Shown here piece after piece: positions 7,901-16,946 of a stretch of DNA of 43,035 nucleotides. The notes beneath the pieces are model-generated. The model was not told the DNA's origin, did no database searches, and saw only the letters and a program-made list of their open reading frames with translations. Numbering within the stretch: the stretch's first letter is position 1; every line of letters begins with the position of its first letter. Source of the DNA: a virus; the IMG/VR virus record IMGVR_UViG_3300014949_000001. One strand, given 5' to 3'. The translations under genes were made by a program, and so were the position numbers.

Positions 7901-10900
7901 CGTTGTAGATGCTTCGGAACTCCTCCACCGCGTGCTCGATCTTTGCCTTGTCCAGCTGCGGGTTCTGCTTCCACATCTCCTGCACAATACCGCGCCAGTC
8001 GCTCAGCGTCTTGCCGTCCCGCTCCGCCATGCGCCCTCTGCTGTTCTCCAGCATCCGGATGTTGTCCATCGCTTCGCCCAGCAGCTGCACGGCGTGCGCT
8101 TCAGAGATTTTCCCCACCTTCTGCATGGCCTTCGTTTCTTTGGTGCTCAGGTTCAGCTCCTGTACCCGCTCGCGCATTTTGTTCTTCAGTCGCGTGGACT
8201 TTGCCTGCGCCTCGTGCACCGGTGTGAAATACTCTGCAATGATCTCCTGCGCCAGCTTCTTGTCCTTCACGATGTCAAGGATATTGCGCTCCATCGTTTC
8301 GCGGGAATAGAGAATACCAGCTTTCTTGTCCTTCCAGTCGTTTGCCGTCTTTAAGAACTTGTCCGCCTCTTCCCGCAGCTTCGCCCGCTGGCTCTGCTTG
8401 TACTCCGTCAGCAGCTTCACCAGCCGTTCATACTCCGTCGTAGCCTCGTATACAGCGGTGATGCCCTTCACATTGTCCGTCTTCGGGTCAAGGTGCTCCA
8501 GCTCGATCTCGCCCTTCAGCAGCCGTCCCAGCTGCACATTGTCGTGGTCGGTCAGCAGGTTCTTCGCTTTTGCTTTCTCCGATTCCCACCGCGCCTTCTT
8601 CAGCTGCTTGTAGGCTTCTGTGACCTGTTCCGTCGTCATCGGTGTCTCCGCCGCCGCGTTTGCCTTTGCCGCACGCTCGTCAGCATAGCGTTTCACAGTG
8701 CGCAGGTCTCCAATGGTGTCTCCGATGGCAGCATCAAAGTCATTCTTCGCCCAGCGCTTGAACTCCTCCGCATCCCGTCCATAGTATTCGCTCAGGGATT
8801 TCTCCGTTTTTTCGATGCTCTGCGCCACTTCAAACATGCGCACCAGCTGGTCAGCCGGATGCGTCAGATCATCCGGGAACAGCTCCGGTGCCATGTCCTG
8901 CAGCTCTTGATACGCCACATCCACCGGCAGCCCGCCCTCGTTGACGATGCGCAGCCGCCCGAAGGCGCTCTTTCTGAAGTCATTGAAGTCCGCAATGTCG
9001 TGCTTGTCTTCCTCCGATATGGTCACAGCCTGCGTGCGAAGGTGATCTTTGATGTCCTTATACTGCTGGTAGAACTCCTCATCCACCACAATGCCCTCGC
9101 TGTATGCCTGCTCAAACAGCTCCGCCGCCGTCTCTTCCGAAACGCGCCCGGTGGTCAGGTACTCCTCGCTGATCTGCTGCACGATCTTCTGCAGGTATTC
9201 CCTCTGTGCAAAGCGCGGCACGCTCAGCGCGCGGCTTACGCGCCCAACAAGGGCGTTTTCAGCCCGCTTCAGGTAGTCCTGTGCCTTCTTCGGCAGCGAT
9301 GTACGGATGCTGTTCTTCTTCTCTTCGTCCTCCGCCGTCGGCAGCGTCGCCTCCGCCGTTTCCTCCTCTGTGACGGAATATTGCAGCGTCCGTTCATCAG
9401 TTGGCATAGTGAAACGCTCCACCACCGCATCGCGGTTTTCATAGCTCAGCGGCAGCAGGTTATGCACCCGCACCTCCGCGTCAGACCATGTGCCACCGAA
9501 GTCCTGCCCGGTCAGCGTCAGCTCTCCGATCTCGCTCTTGGAATACTTGTTGGAGGAATCGAACAGCAGCACCGGGATTTGTTCCACGCCTGCATTCCGC
9601 ATGGCCACCGCGCGGTGCCGCCCCTCATGTCCCTGTACCTCTCCTGTTTCGTGGTCGATGTTCAGCTGGATAGGCTGCCACCTTGTGGCTTCGCCCAGTT
9701 TCTCCGCGTCCAGTTCCTTGCTGTGCTGCTCCACGATCTGCCGTCCGCCCTCGCTGGTGGTCAGGTTCAGGAAGTCATCCGGTGTCATGTAGGCAATGTA
9801 CGCCTTCGCATACTTCGGGCTGCTCTTTGCTGCATAGTCTCTCAGGTAGGTGTCAATGGTACTTTCCTTCAGTTTGACCGCTCCGTCATACTCTCCGCCT
9901 TCGCTGATAGAGAACCGGATGTCCGGATTGTCTGTCGGGTTTTCGTTGGTGACGCTCTTGATCTGTTCCGGGGAGAAGGCGATGTATACCGCGTCCGGCG
10001 TTCCGTTGTCGTCCATCTCGATGTCAGTGGACTTTACGATGATACCGTCATGCCCGCCTTCCTGCGCCCAGCGCTTCAGGTCTCCGTGCCGGATGTCTGC
10101 CTGTCCGATTGCACTGCCCCAGCCTTCGTCCTCAATGACAAGCGGGTTTTTCAGGTTCAAATAAACCTGCATGATTTCCCCCTTGCCCTTGTAGCCGGTC
10201 GCCTCTCGTGCATACCCGGTTGCATCCTCAATGTATGGGCTAAAGTAAAATCCGAGATCACTGCCTCTGTCTGCAAAGTTTTCCCCGATGTGTGCCTTAT
10301 CGAAGACCGTAAACTTTGTTCCGGTTCCATGGTAGAGCGTCAGCAGCCGTCCCTCGCCATCCACCGCTTTGCTGTCCTTGAAGAACTCTTGCTGTGCTTC
10401 CGTCAGCTGCCTGCCGTTACTGTCCTCGCTGATGGAGAACTTCACCCCCTCCAGCCCGTTCACCAGCGCCTTCCGCTGTTCGTCGTTGCCGGTCTCGTAC
10501 TGTATGATGTTCACGCCCGTGGCCGCCTTCACCGCTGCGATCTCTTCCGCCGGTGCGCTGGTTGGCGCGATGATGGCCGCCGCCTCGCTGAAGGGGACTA
10601 CTCTCTGCGCCTTCGCCTCGTAGTATCCCGTAGGGATGTTGGCTGCGCGGTCAATGAGCGCAAGGATGCTCTTGGCGTGCCCGTCGGATATGGCATAACC
10701 TTCCTTGCGGAACGCCGCCTTCACCGCCGCCACGGTTTTCTTCCCCTTGGCCGCCTCTGCAATGATGCGGCTCAGGTTCTGCTCTTCCTCGAAGGTGTTG
10801 TTGAACCGGTGTTTTGTGGTACGCAGCAGATCGTCCGTCACCCGGTCAAGATAGATGCCGAGGTCTCGCAGCGCCTTCTCGTGTTCCTCTTCGCTCACCG

Positions 10901-13900
10901 TGCGCAGTCTCGCCTCGTCCGCGTGCATCTCGTCCACGTTCCGATATTCCCGCGTGGCCGTTGCCGCCAGTGTCTCCGGTGTCACGCCGTACATGTTCGC
11001 GCCCTTGGCTGCCGCCATGTTCATGGCCTTCACGATGTTCTCCGCCGTGTAGTCCCAGTGTGTCTGTGCAAAGCTGCGTCTGCCGCTGTCGGTCACTGCA
11101 TCCTCGCCGTTGTAGATGCCCCGCTCGCCCAGCAGCCCCTCCAGCTGTGGCTGCACCCAGTCTTTCACCGTCCGCAGCGCATCATTCCAGCTTCCGCCCG
11201 GTGCGATCATCTCCATCATCTTGGCCGCCGTGGCTTCCTTGTCGATCTCGCCCGCGCTTCCGCCGCTCTCATAGAACTCCTGCGTGCTCCGGATGAAGTC
11301 CTCCACCCGGTTAGGGAACACATTGTTCTTCATGTAGTAGTCGATGCGCTTCTCCTTGGATTCCGGTCTGCGGTTCAGGAAGTTGGCGTGTTCCTCTGCA
11401 TAGACCTCCCGAATGGCCTGTTCCGCCGGTTTCATCTCTTCCGCCGTCAGGCGCTCGCCGGTCATCAGCTTCACCGCCAGCCGCGCCACTTCCTGTTCGC
11501 CCACCGCGTCGAGGTACCGCTGAATGGTCGCGTTGCTGAAGAAACGGTCGAACTGCTTGTCACGGTACACCGGTTCAAGGCTCTTGCCCTCGCTCTGAAG
11601 GAATGCCGCCTGTACCTCCGGATGGTTCGCCAGCTTGTCGGCGATCTCTTCCGGCTCCCATCTGGTCTCATTCTCCAATCCGATCTTGCCCAGCGTGCCG
11701 CTGCCTTGGAAAACGCCGCCTGCAAACTGGCTGGACAGGTTCTTGATGTTCTCATCGAACGCCCGCCGCGCCTCGTAGTTCACCTCGCGCTCCACCAGCG
11801 CATTGTCCTTTGTCGGTGTCCATGCGTCGCCGCCGTACACCTTGTTACGCGGGTCTGCCTCCGGGTCTATGGTGGCACGTGGGAACACTACGCTGGTATC
11901 TCCGTACTTCGTGTGCCCCTCCGCCGCGTCCACGATGGCCACGGAAGGGGATGGGATGCCGCCCCAGTTCAAGGCCGCGTCACGAATAACAGACCAGTCC
12001 TTGTTGTGTACGGCAATCAGGTCTTTCGTCCGCTCCACCGGCTCGTCGATGGAGAAGCGCTTCTTGACAGGCGGCAGCTTCTCTGCTACACTATCGTCAG
12101 AGACGGATGCAGTGCTTCTGGCAGCTCCCGGTGACGGGTTCGTGCTTATTGCTGCATCCGCCTCTTTTTCTGTAAAAGAGGTCGGCTGCAGGTTTAGCAC
12201 ATCGTACAGTGCCATGCTTCCATTTTTCTTCGTGCCTACCACCACGTCCGCCGTGTAGTCGTTTCCGCCCACTCGCAGCAACACATTACCTCTGGCGAAG
12301 TCCGTGATTCTGTCCTTGCGCGGATGGTTTAGCCCTTCGTTCACCCAGTCCGTCGTTGCGCGCAGAATTTCGTCGGCATTGTCCGTGGCGCTTAGCTTGT
12401 CCGCGTGCAGCTGCGGGTCGTTGTTATAGAGCCACTGCATGTACCGGGAGAAAGTCATCTCCTGTCTGCTTCTGCCGTCAATCTGAATTTCGTTGTTCCC
12501 CACGGTGATGCCGTTGGGGAACTTTTTCTTCAGATTCTCCTTGACGGTCTTCACCCAGTCTGCCTCCGGCACGCCCGCAAGGATGTCCTGTTCCACCTCC
12601 ACGAACGGCTTGTTGTCCGTGGTCTTTCCGATGGCGTAGCCATCCCCACTGTCAGCAAACACCGTGTCCTCGCTGCCATAGTCAGGCGATGTCTCCCGGC
12701 GCTCCTGCGCCGTCAGCTCCCGTCGCTTCGCAGTGTCCCGCGCCTCGATCTCTCCCGCCGTGTCGCGGTACAGGTCGGTCGGCATCCGGCCTCCGTTCCT
12801 CGCGTTGCGGTCGATGCTGTCCCGCAGGCTGTACCAGTCCCACACGCGGTCGCCGTACTGTTCCTCCAGCTGGTCTCTGCGCTCGTCGTATCGCACCCAC
12901 TCCGGCGGGTCTGGCTCGATCTGCTCCCATGTGTTCAGGTCAACCTTCCCGCGCGGCACCTTCGGTGCCATGGCATCCAGCTCTTCCATAGCCGCAACGA
13001 ACTGCGGGTCGCTCTCCCGTATCTGCTCATACTGTTCCTGCAGTCGTGCGCCCTCGCGCCGTTCCTCCGCCGTCCTGCTGTCAAATCCGTTTTCCATTCT
13101 CCGGTTCCAGTAGGCGGGGTTTGCCCCGCTGGCAAATCCTTCCCGGCTCTGGATGGCGTGCTGCACCTCATGGATGAGGGAGTTCAGCAGCGCCTCCGGC
13201 CTGTTCTTCAGGTCGCGGCTCAGCTCGATGCTGTCAAACTTCCGGCTGTATCCGCCGTTCTGTCCGTCCTCCAGCGTGTGGAATGTCACGCTCAAATCTG
13301 CCATATCCGGATAGGCTTCAAACAGCTCCGGCGCAGACACCAGCTCTCCCAGCGTGGTGTAGTTGGGAATATCCGCCGCGTCGGTGCGCAGCTGCATCCT
13401 GCTGTCGTTGATCTCGAAGCGCCACTTGCCGTCCATGCCTTCGTGCCAGCCCGTCGCCTTGCGGATGCTCTCCATGTCGGCTCCGGCCTGCTGCATCTCC
13501 TGCGCTTCCCGCAGGCTTTCAAGGTTCGCGCCGTTGGCGTTCGCCCCGGCATAGCTGTGCTGCAATCTGCCCAGCCCCTGCTGCATGTCGATCTCCGGGT
13601 CATACATGTCGTTGAACGCCGCTTCTGCATCCTCTTCAGAGATTTCCCCGTTTGCCATCTGCTGCTGCAGCGTGTCCATATTCTGCGCCTGCGCAGCGGC
13701 TCGCTGCTGCATGTCTGCGGTGAAGCTGCTCTGTGTCTCCTGCAGGGCGCTCTGGTAATAATTCTTCGCCTTCGTCAGGAACGCCCGCTCCTGCGCGTCG
13801 CTGTTGCCCAGCTTTGCCAGCAGCTCGTTGATAAACTGCAGGATGCGCCGTCCCAGCGTCCGGTTCTGCTGCACCATGGCGCGGATGCTTTGCTCGTCGG

Positions 13901-16900
13901 TCAGCAGATACTTTTCCACATACTCCGCCACGATCTCCGAATCAATGGCCGCGTTGTCCGTCAGGTTCTCGCCGTGCCGCGCATACAGTTCCGCCTTCTG
14001 CTGCCGCATGGCCTGCAGGTCTCCGCCGGTCTGCCGGATGCGGTTCAATACCAGCTTCTGCAAATCGCTGTAGCTTCCGCTTGCCTCGATGCTGTGCGTC
14101 AGTTCGTGGCTGATGATCTGCGCCACCGGGTTCTGGCTGCGTGCGTTGACATAGATTTTTCCGTCTGCCGGGTTGTAGTAGCCGTTGTGCATTCCTCCGG
14201 TGCTATCCGCGCCTTCGTCGAAGAACACCACCTCGCGCCCCACGATGTTGGCGATGCGCTGTACATTGGCGATGGTGTCCTCGTCCACGCCCGCAAGAAT
14301 GCCCGTGCGTTCCGTTTCCGTCTCGGCTCTCGCAGCCCTCTGCCGCGTTTCCGCCTGTTCCGCCGTCGGCAAAACGCCCAGCCGATCAGCCTCCATGGTC
14401 TCTCTCAGCGGCGCAGGTTGGCGTTCCTGCTCCGTTGTGCGCTGCTGCGTCTGCGTTTCTGCCTGCTCAGCTGTCGGCAGTTCCGTTCCGCCGGTCTCTT
14501 CCGCCGTCGGCAGCACCACGCCTTTCGTCTGTTCCTGAGCGGTTCCGGTTTGTCCTGCAGTTGGTTCCGTCCCTTCCAGCATTCTGGTGGTCTCCGCAAA
14601 CAGTCTGCCGATCTCCGTATCCGTCAGCTTCTTGCCCTTGTTCAACTTGTTCTTCAGCTCTTGTCCCAGCTTGTATGCCTCGCTGTTTTCATCAAGGGTC
14701 TCCGCCGTCTCGATGATGCTGTTCACCATCTCGTCGCCCATCTTGCGCAGCGTGCTGCCGGTCTGCTGGTATCCGGCGTTTCGCTGCACCGTTCCGATGC
14801 CCACACCCGCCGTGGCCATGGTGCCGCCGGATAGTGCGCCGCCGAGGAAGTCCAGCCCCATCTCCGCCGCCTGCTGCGCCACTGCAAGGCCGAAGGCTTC
14901 GCCCTCCGTCTTGCCCTCCGCCATATATGCGTCGATGGTCTGCTGCCACTCGCTCTTGTCCTTGGCGATGAGGATGTCGGCAAACAGGTTGATGAAGTCG
15001 CTGCCCACTTCCTCCGCGCCTTCCGTGAGCGCATTCTTCAGGATATATTTGATGGCTCCGTCTTCCCACTTGCTTTTCAGCAGCGCCTCGATGCTGAACT
15101 TCTCTGTAAACACTTCCGCCGCACCCGCGATGGTTCCCAGTGTGAACGCCTGCGTGTCTGTCAGTCCTCTATCCTTCGCTGCAATGGTGGCATCCGCCGC
15201 CGCACCGGTGCCCATAACGGCAAGAGACATTCCCTCGCTCAGTGCGCCGCCTCCGCCGAATCCGCCCGTGATCGCAGTATTCAGCAGGAAGTCGCCCATA
15301 CTCATGCCGGTCTGGTACAGGAAGCTGCCCGCCTGCCCCCAGTTCCCGCTCTGTTCAATGGTCTCCGCCACCTGATTGCGAATGGCGTTGTTGGCGTAGG
15401 AAAAGCGGTTGTACGCCGCATTCTGGTCAATGGTTCCGGTGCCGAGATAGTCCGCCGCTTGTCCGAGATAGCTCAGTCCCTTCATCGGGGAAGTCAGCAC
15501 GCTGAACACACTGCTGCCCACCGGAGATTCCTTTGCATAGTCTCTCCAGTACGCCTCTTCTTCCTGCCGCTGGCGATAGTTCAGATCGCCCGTCAGGTAG
15601 TCATAGTAGGCATGTGCCGCGTCCTTGCCCTGCGAGGCGTACAGATAGTTGAAGATGGCCACTTCTTCGTCGGTCATCTGCTGCGATTCCGATCTGTTTT
15701 CCGTCGCCATGCCGAACAGAGCGCCCAGCGGGTTGCTGTCCCCGCCATAGTTCGCCCCGGCTTGATTTGTGATGTACGCGCCCGCCTCGCTGTTGCCGTT
15801 GATGTACTCATACAGCGGGTCATCCCAGCCGCTGGCATCGTCACTGTAGTTATCAAACAGAACGTCGATGTTGGAGCGCTTCTTTCCGTTTGCCGTGCTC
15901 TTGTATTGGCTCTTTTCGCCAAAGTCTTCCGCGCTGGTCAGGTCGGCATACTGGTAATATTTCTTCCAGTCCAGCTCCTCCTGCAGCAAATCCGCCGCGC
16001 CCTGTGCCTCCGCGATCTTGCCGTCCATGGCCTTGGCCTGCGCCTGCAGCGCCTGTGCCTGCTGGCTCCATTGCATCAGCTCATTCGTCCCGCCGCGCCG
16101 GGAAGATACCTTGTTCATCAGCTGCTGTGCCTGCTTCTGCAGCGCCTTTTGCTGCTCTTGCAGCCGCTTCACATTGCTCTGCGCCGCCGTCAGGTCGGCG
16201 TTTATGGCGTTCTCGTCCGTTCGGATGGTCTTCTTCCAGTTGTCGAACAGGTTCTGCTGCTCTGTGCGGTAGGCTTCATAGTCCTCCGCCGCCTGCTTGT
16301 ACTGGTTCCACGCAGGCTCATAGGCGGCATAAGCGGCATCCACCGCTTTCGTCGCGTCTTCATACTGTTTCAGCGTGCTGGCATATTCCTGCTGCATCTG
16401 CTGCACAATCCCGGACGCAATAGCGCTGCTGCCCGCGTACTGCTGCAACTCCGGCAGCTTCCCACTCAGCTCGTTCAGCTTCGTATAGAGATTGCCCGCC
16501 GTCTCATTGGCGTTCTGCAGCTCCTCCGCCTTCTTTTTGGCGTTCGCCTCATAGGTGGTCACGGTGTTGTATTTCCGCTCCATATCCATGCCCAGCTTCG
16601 GCTGCGAATAGTATTTCCCATCCGCCGTCGCGCCCACGAGGTAGTTCTGATAGCTGCCGTACTTCTGCTGCATGGCAGTGGAGCGGTTGTACTCGCTCTC
16701 CGTTAGCTTATCAGATGCAGCTGCGCGTGCGGCATAGTTCTGCCGCACGCTGCTGTCATACTCGTCTCTGGTTTTCCCGCTCCGCTCGAAGGCTGTGTTG
16801 CCGCTGGCAGGGTTCTTCTGCGTGTCTGCCTTGCCCAGCTTCTGATTGCTCCACGTGGAAAAGGTCTGCGCCTTTTGCAGCGTGCCGGTCGTCTGTCTCA

Positions 16901-16934
16901 TTTTGTTGTTGCTCCACTCAGAAAAGGATGCCAT
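4905..16934 (-). CDS. Giant 4009-aa polyvalent virion/ejection protein (coiled-coil and Gly-rich hydrophobic N-region, two HExxH domains, ART-like, ParB-like, long C-terminal structural region)
   Basis: Uninterrupted 12,030-nt ORF with RBS TAAGGAGG. It is the last gene of the structural operon and ends at a strong terminator. Motifs are listed in the sub-features below. Confidence 0.9.
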   Translation of the reverse strand: MASFSEWSNNKMRQTTGTLQKAQTFSTWSNQKLGKADTQKNPASGNTAFERSGKTRDEYDSSVRQNYAARAAASDKLTESEYNRSTAMQQKYGSYQNYLVGATADGKYYSQPKLGMDMERKYNTVTTYEANAKKKAEELQNANETAGNLYTKLNELSGKLPELQQYAGSSAIASGIVQQMQQEYASTLKQYEDATKAVDAAYAAYEPAWNQYKQAAEDYEAYRTEQQNLFDNWKKTIRTDENAINADLTAAQSNVKRLQEQQKALQKQAQQLMNKVSSRRGGTNELMQWSQQAQALQAQAKAMDGKIAEAQGAADLLQEELDWKKYYQYADLTSAEDFGEKSQYKSTANGKKRSNIDVLFDNYSDDASGWDDPLYEYINGNSEAGAYITNQAGANYGGDSNPLGALFGMATENRSESQQMTDEEVAIFNYLYASQGKDAAHAYYDYLTGDLNYRQRQEEEAYWRDYAKESPVGSSVFSVLTSPMKGLSYLGQAADYLGTGTIDQNAAYNRFSYANNAIRNQVAETIEQSGNWGQAGSFLYQTGMSMGDFLLNTAITGGFGGGGALSEGMSLAVMGTGAAADATIAAKDRGLTDTQAFTLGTIAGAAEVFTEKFSIEALLKSKWEDGAIKYILKNALTEGAEEVGSDFINLFADILIAKDKSEWQQTIDAYMAEGKTEGEAFGLAVAQQAAEMGLDFLGGALSGGTMATAGVGIGTVQRNAGYQQTGSTLRKMGDEMVNSIIETAETLDENSEAYKLGQELKNKLNKGKKLTDTEIGRLFAETTRMLEGTEPTAGQTGTAQEQTKGVVLPTAEETGGTELPTAEQAETQTQQRTTEQERQPAPLRETMEADRLGVLPTAEQAETRQRAARAETETERTGILAGVDEDTIANVQRIANIVGREVVFFDEGADSTGGMHNGYYNPADGKIYVNARSQNPVAQIISHELTHSIEASGSYSDLQKLVLNRIRQTGGDLQAMRQQKAELYARHGENLTDNAAIDSEIVAEYVEKYLLTDEQSIRAMVQQNRTLGRRILQFINELLAKLGNSDAQERAFLTKAKNYYQSALQETQSSFTADMQQRAAAQAQNMDTLQQQMANGEISEEDAEAAFNDMYDPEIDMQQGLGRLQHSYAGANANGANLESLREAQEMQQAGADMESIRKATGWHEGMDGKWRFEINDSRMQLRTDAADIPNYTTLGELVSAPELFEAYPDMADLSVTFHTLEDGQNGGYSRKFDSIELSRDLKNRPEALLNSLIHEVQHAIQSREGFASGANPAYWNRRMENGFDSRTAEERREGARLQEQYEQIRESDPQFVAAMEELDAMAPKVPRGKVDLNTWEQIEPDPPEWVRYDERRDQLEEQYGDRVWDWYSLRDSIDRNARNGGRMPTDLYRDTAGEIEARDTAKRRELTAQERRETSPDYGSEDTVFADSGDGYAIGKTTDNKPFVEVEQDILAGVPEADWVKTVKENLKKKFPNGITVGNNEIQIDGRSRQEMTFSRYMQWLYNNDPQLHADKLSATDNADEILRATTDWVNEGLNHPRKDRITDFARGNVLLRVGGNDYTADVVVGTKKNGSMALYDVLNLQPTSFTEKEADAAISTNPSPGAARSTASVSDDSVAEKLPPVKKRFSIDEPVERTKDLIAVHNKDWSVIRDAALNWGGIPSPSVAIVDAAEGHTKYGDTSVVFPRATIDPEADPRNKVYGGDAWTPTKDNALVEREVNYEARRAFDENIKNLSSQFAGGVFQGSGTLGKIGLENETRWEPEEIADKLANHPEVQAAFLQSEGKSLEPVYRDKQFDRFFSNATIQRYLDAVGEQEVARLAVKLMTGERLTAEEMKPAEQAIREVYAEEHANFLNRRPESKEKRIDYYMKNNVFPNRVEDFIRSTQEFYESGGSAGEIDKEATAAKMMEMIAPGGSWNDALRTVKDWVQPQLEGLLGERGIYNGEDAVTDSGRRSFAQTHWDYTAENIVKAMNMAAAKGANMYGVTPETLAATATREYRNVDEMHADEARLRTVSEEEHEKALRDLGIYLDRVTDDLLRTTKHRFNNTFEEEQNLSRIIAEAAKGKKTVAAVKAAFRKEGYAISDGHAKSILALIDRAANIPTGYYEAKAQRVVPFSEAAAIIAPTSAPAEEIAAVKAATGVNIIQYETGNDEQRKALVNGLEGVKFSISEDSNGRQLTEAQQEFFKDSKAVDGEGRLLTLYHGTGTKFTVFDKAHIGENFADRGSDLGFYFSPYIEDATGYAREATGYKGKGEIMQVYLNLKNPLVIEDEGWGSAIGQADIRHGDLKRWAQEGGHDGIIVKSTDIEMDDNGTPDAVYIAFSPEQIKSVTNENPTDNPDIRFSISEGGEYDGAVKLKESTIDTYLRDYAAKSSPKYAKAYIAYMTPDDFLNLTTSEGGRQIVEQHSKELDAEKLGEATRWQPIQLNIDHETGEVQGHEGRHRAVAMRNAGVEQIPVLLFDSSNKYSKSEIGELTLTGQDFGGTWSDAEVRVHNLLPLSYENRDAVVERFTMPTDERTLQYSVTEEETAEATLPTAEDEEKKNSIRTSLPKKAQDYLKRAENALVGRVSRALSVPRFAQREYLQKIVQQISEEYLTTGRVSEETAAELFEQAYSEGIVVDEEFYQQYKDIKDHLRTQAVTISEEDKHDIADFNDFRKSAFGRLRIVNEGGLPVDVAYQELQDMAPELFPDDLTHPADQLVRMFEVAQSIEKTEKSLSEYYGRDAEEFKRWAKNDFDAAIGDTIGDLRTVKRYADERAAKANAAAETPMTTEQVTEAYKQLKKARWESEKAKAKNLLTDHDNVQLGRLLKGEIELEHLDPKTDNVKGITAVYEATTEYERLVKLLTEYKQSQRAKLREEADKFLKTANDWKDKKAGILYSRETMERNILDIVKDKKLAQEIIAEYFTPVHEAQAKSTRLKNKMRERVQELNLSTKETKAMQKVGKISEAHAVQLLGEAMDNIRMLENSRGRMAERDGKTLSDWRGIVQEMWKQNPQLDKAKIEHAVEEFRSIYNELFQQMNEARVRNGYEPVNYRSGYFPHFQPGDGDGIMGLFGRALGIDTQVTALPTTINGLTHTFRPGIQWFGNAQQRLGFDTAYDAVEGFDRYIEGVADVIYQTDNIQKLRTLATQARYRTGDEGIRKQVDTVYADTRLTEEEKRSKIDSIYEDGRFALSNFVVELEEYTNLLANKKSRADRNMEQALGRNMYNLVKGLESRVAANMVAINPASWLTNFIPLTQGGAMLDRGELLRGMWQTLQSFKENDGIVDASAFLTNRKGSDPLVRTWAQKASATMSSPMEYIDQFTAGSLVRARYNQNLKRGMSETAAMTEADNWTAGVMADRSKGSTPTLFNRSNPMTKVFTQFQLEVNNQLSYLFKDMPRAYKEKGLAALAMALFKFFLGAWLYDEVYEYFIGRRPALDPLGILNDTVGDITGYELPNLVELGVGAVTGDMPSFETEKKNAYDTVTETLGDVAEELPFIGGVLGGGRVPISSALPDWDNLLKTVTSDTWSTKKKLATAGKELMNPLTYLALPFGGGQLKKIYQGLSATIKGGSYSVDAEGNDLLQYPVYNDDPWQAALNAGQAMLFGKTSLKTGRDWVESGFKSFGAKETAAYQGMTEAGVPEEDAYNLLKELRGTKKTETESKAEAERRVLQAADISGDGKSVVYYGLMATDKERELMDALADSDADMGAVTQVLLDVKNAGSLKGAEASNAKRTALAESPLTDDEKREMYRCLFGEKQEDGSYTTSRDDDIMAFEQAGLDFDTFLKVQNEYTTVNEKYSGASEKAVEFSHWVNSQNLTAEQAETVRDCFKYYSQIPAEAARYDSFVSAGLSDDAAYELANSLNALEPEDGKDSVSDLQLYRAVVDAGLSTEEQMNVLGEMMQESEYSKLQTGYSYGVTPEAYVAFRELLPKFDFDGNGTFKQEEVEAAIDSMGGGGNGIVLPGAGGGQSLTVTQQAALWQLANKSWKPAKNPYSTSVGQKVYDALNAETESGIVLPDGTSYTGGLVLPKG
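9435..9827 (-). other. Domain in giant ORF: ParB/sulfiredoxin-like
   Basis: IDHETGEVQGHEGRHRAVAMRNAGVEQIPVLLFD. GHEGRHR is encoded at about 9612-9632 (aa ~2435). Confidence 0.45.
9930..10367 (-). other. Domain in giant ORF: ADP-ribosyltransferase-like (ART-PolyVal-like)
   Basis: RLLTLYHGTGTKFTVFDKAHIG...GSDLGFYFSPYIEDATGYA...VYLNLKNPL. LYHGT starts at about 10337 (aa ~2200). Confidence 0.5.
13035..13547 (-). other. Domain in giant ORF: second HExxH domain
   Basis: TGWHEGMDGKWRFEINDS...LLNSLIHEVQHAIQSREGF. HEVQH is encoded at about 13158-13172 (aa ~1255). Confidence 0.45.
13935..14297 (-). other. Domain in giant ORF: zincin-like metallopeptidase (HExxH no. 1)
   Basis: VVFFDEG...HNGYYNPADGKIYVNARSQNPVAQIISHELTHSIE. 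HELTH is encoded at about 14094-14108 (aa ~943). It resembles the metallopeptidase module of phage and conjugative-element polyvalent proteins. Confidence 0.55.
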
Positions 16935-16946
16935 ACCGTGTCCTCC

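Noticed and set aside
8493-12134. Very long plus-strand ORFs (8493-12134, 1213 aa; also 6198-8354, 12405-14834, 15459-16706) antisense to the giant gene
   Set aside because: These are shadow ORFs of a GC-rich minus-strand gene. Their translations are Arg/Leu/His/Val-rich low-complexity sequence with no motifs and no RBS. The minus-strand frame has clear domains and operon context.
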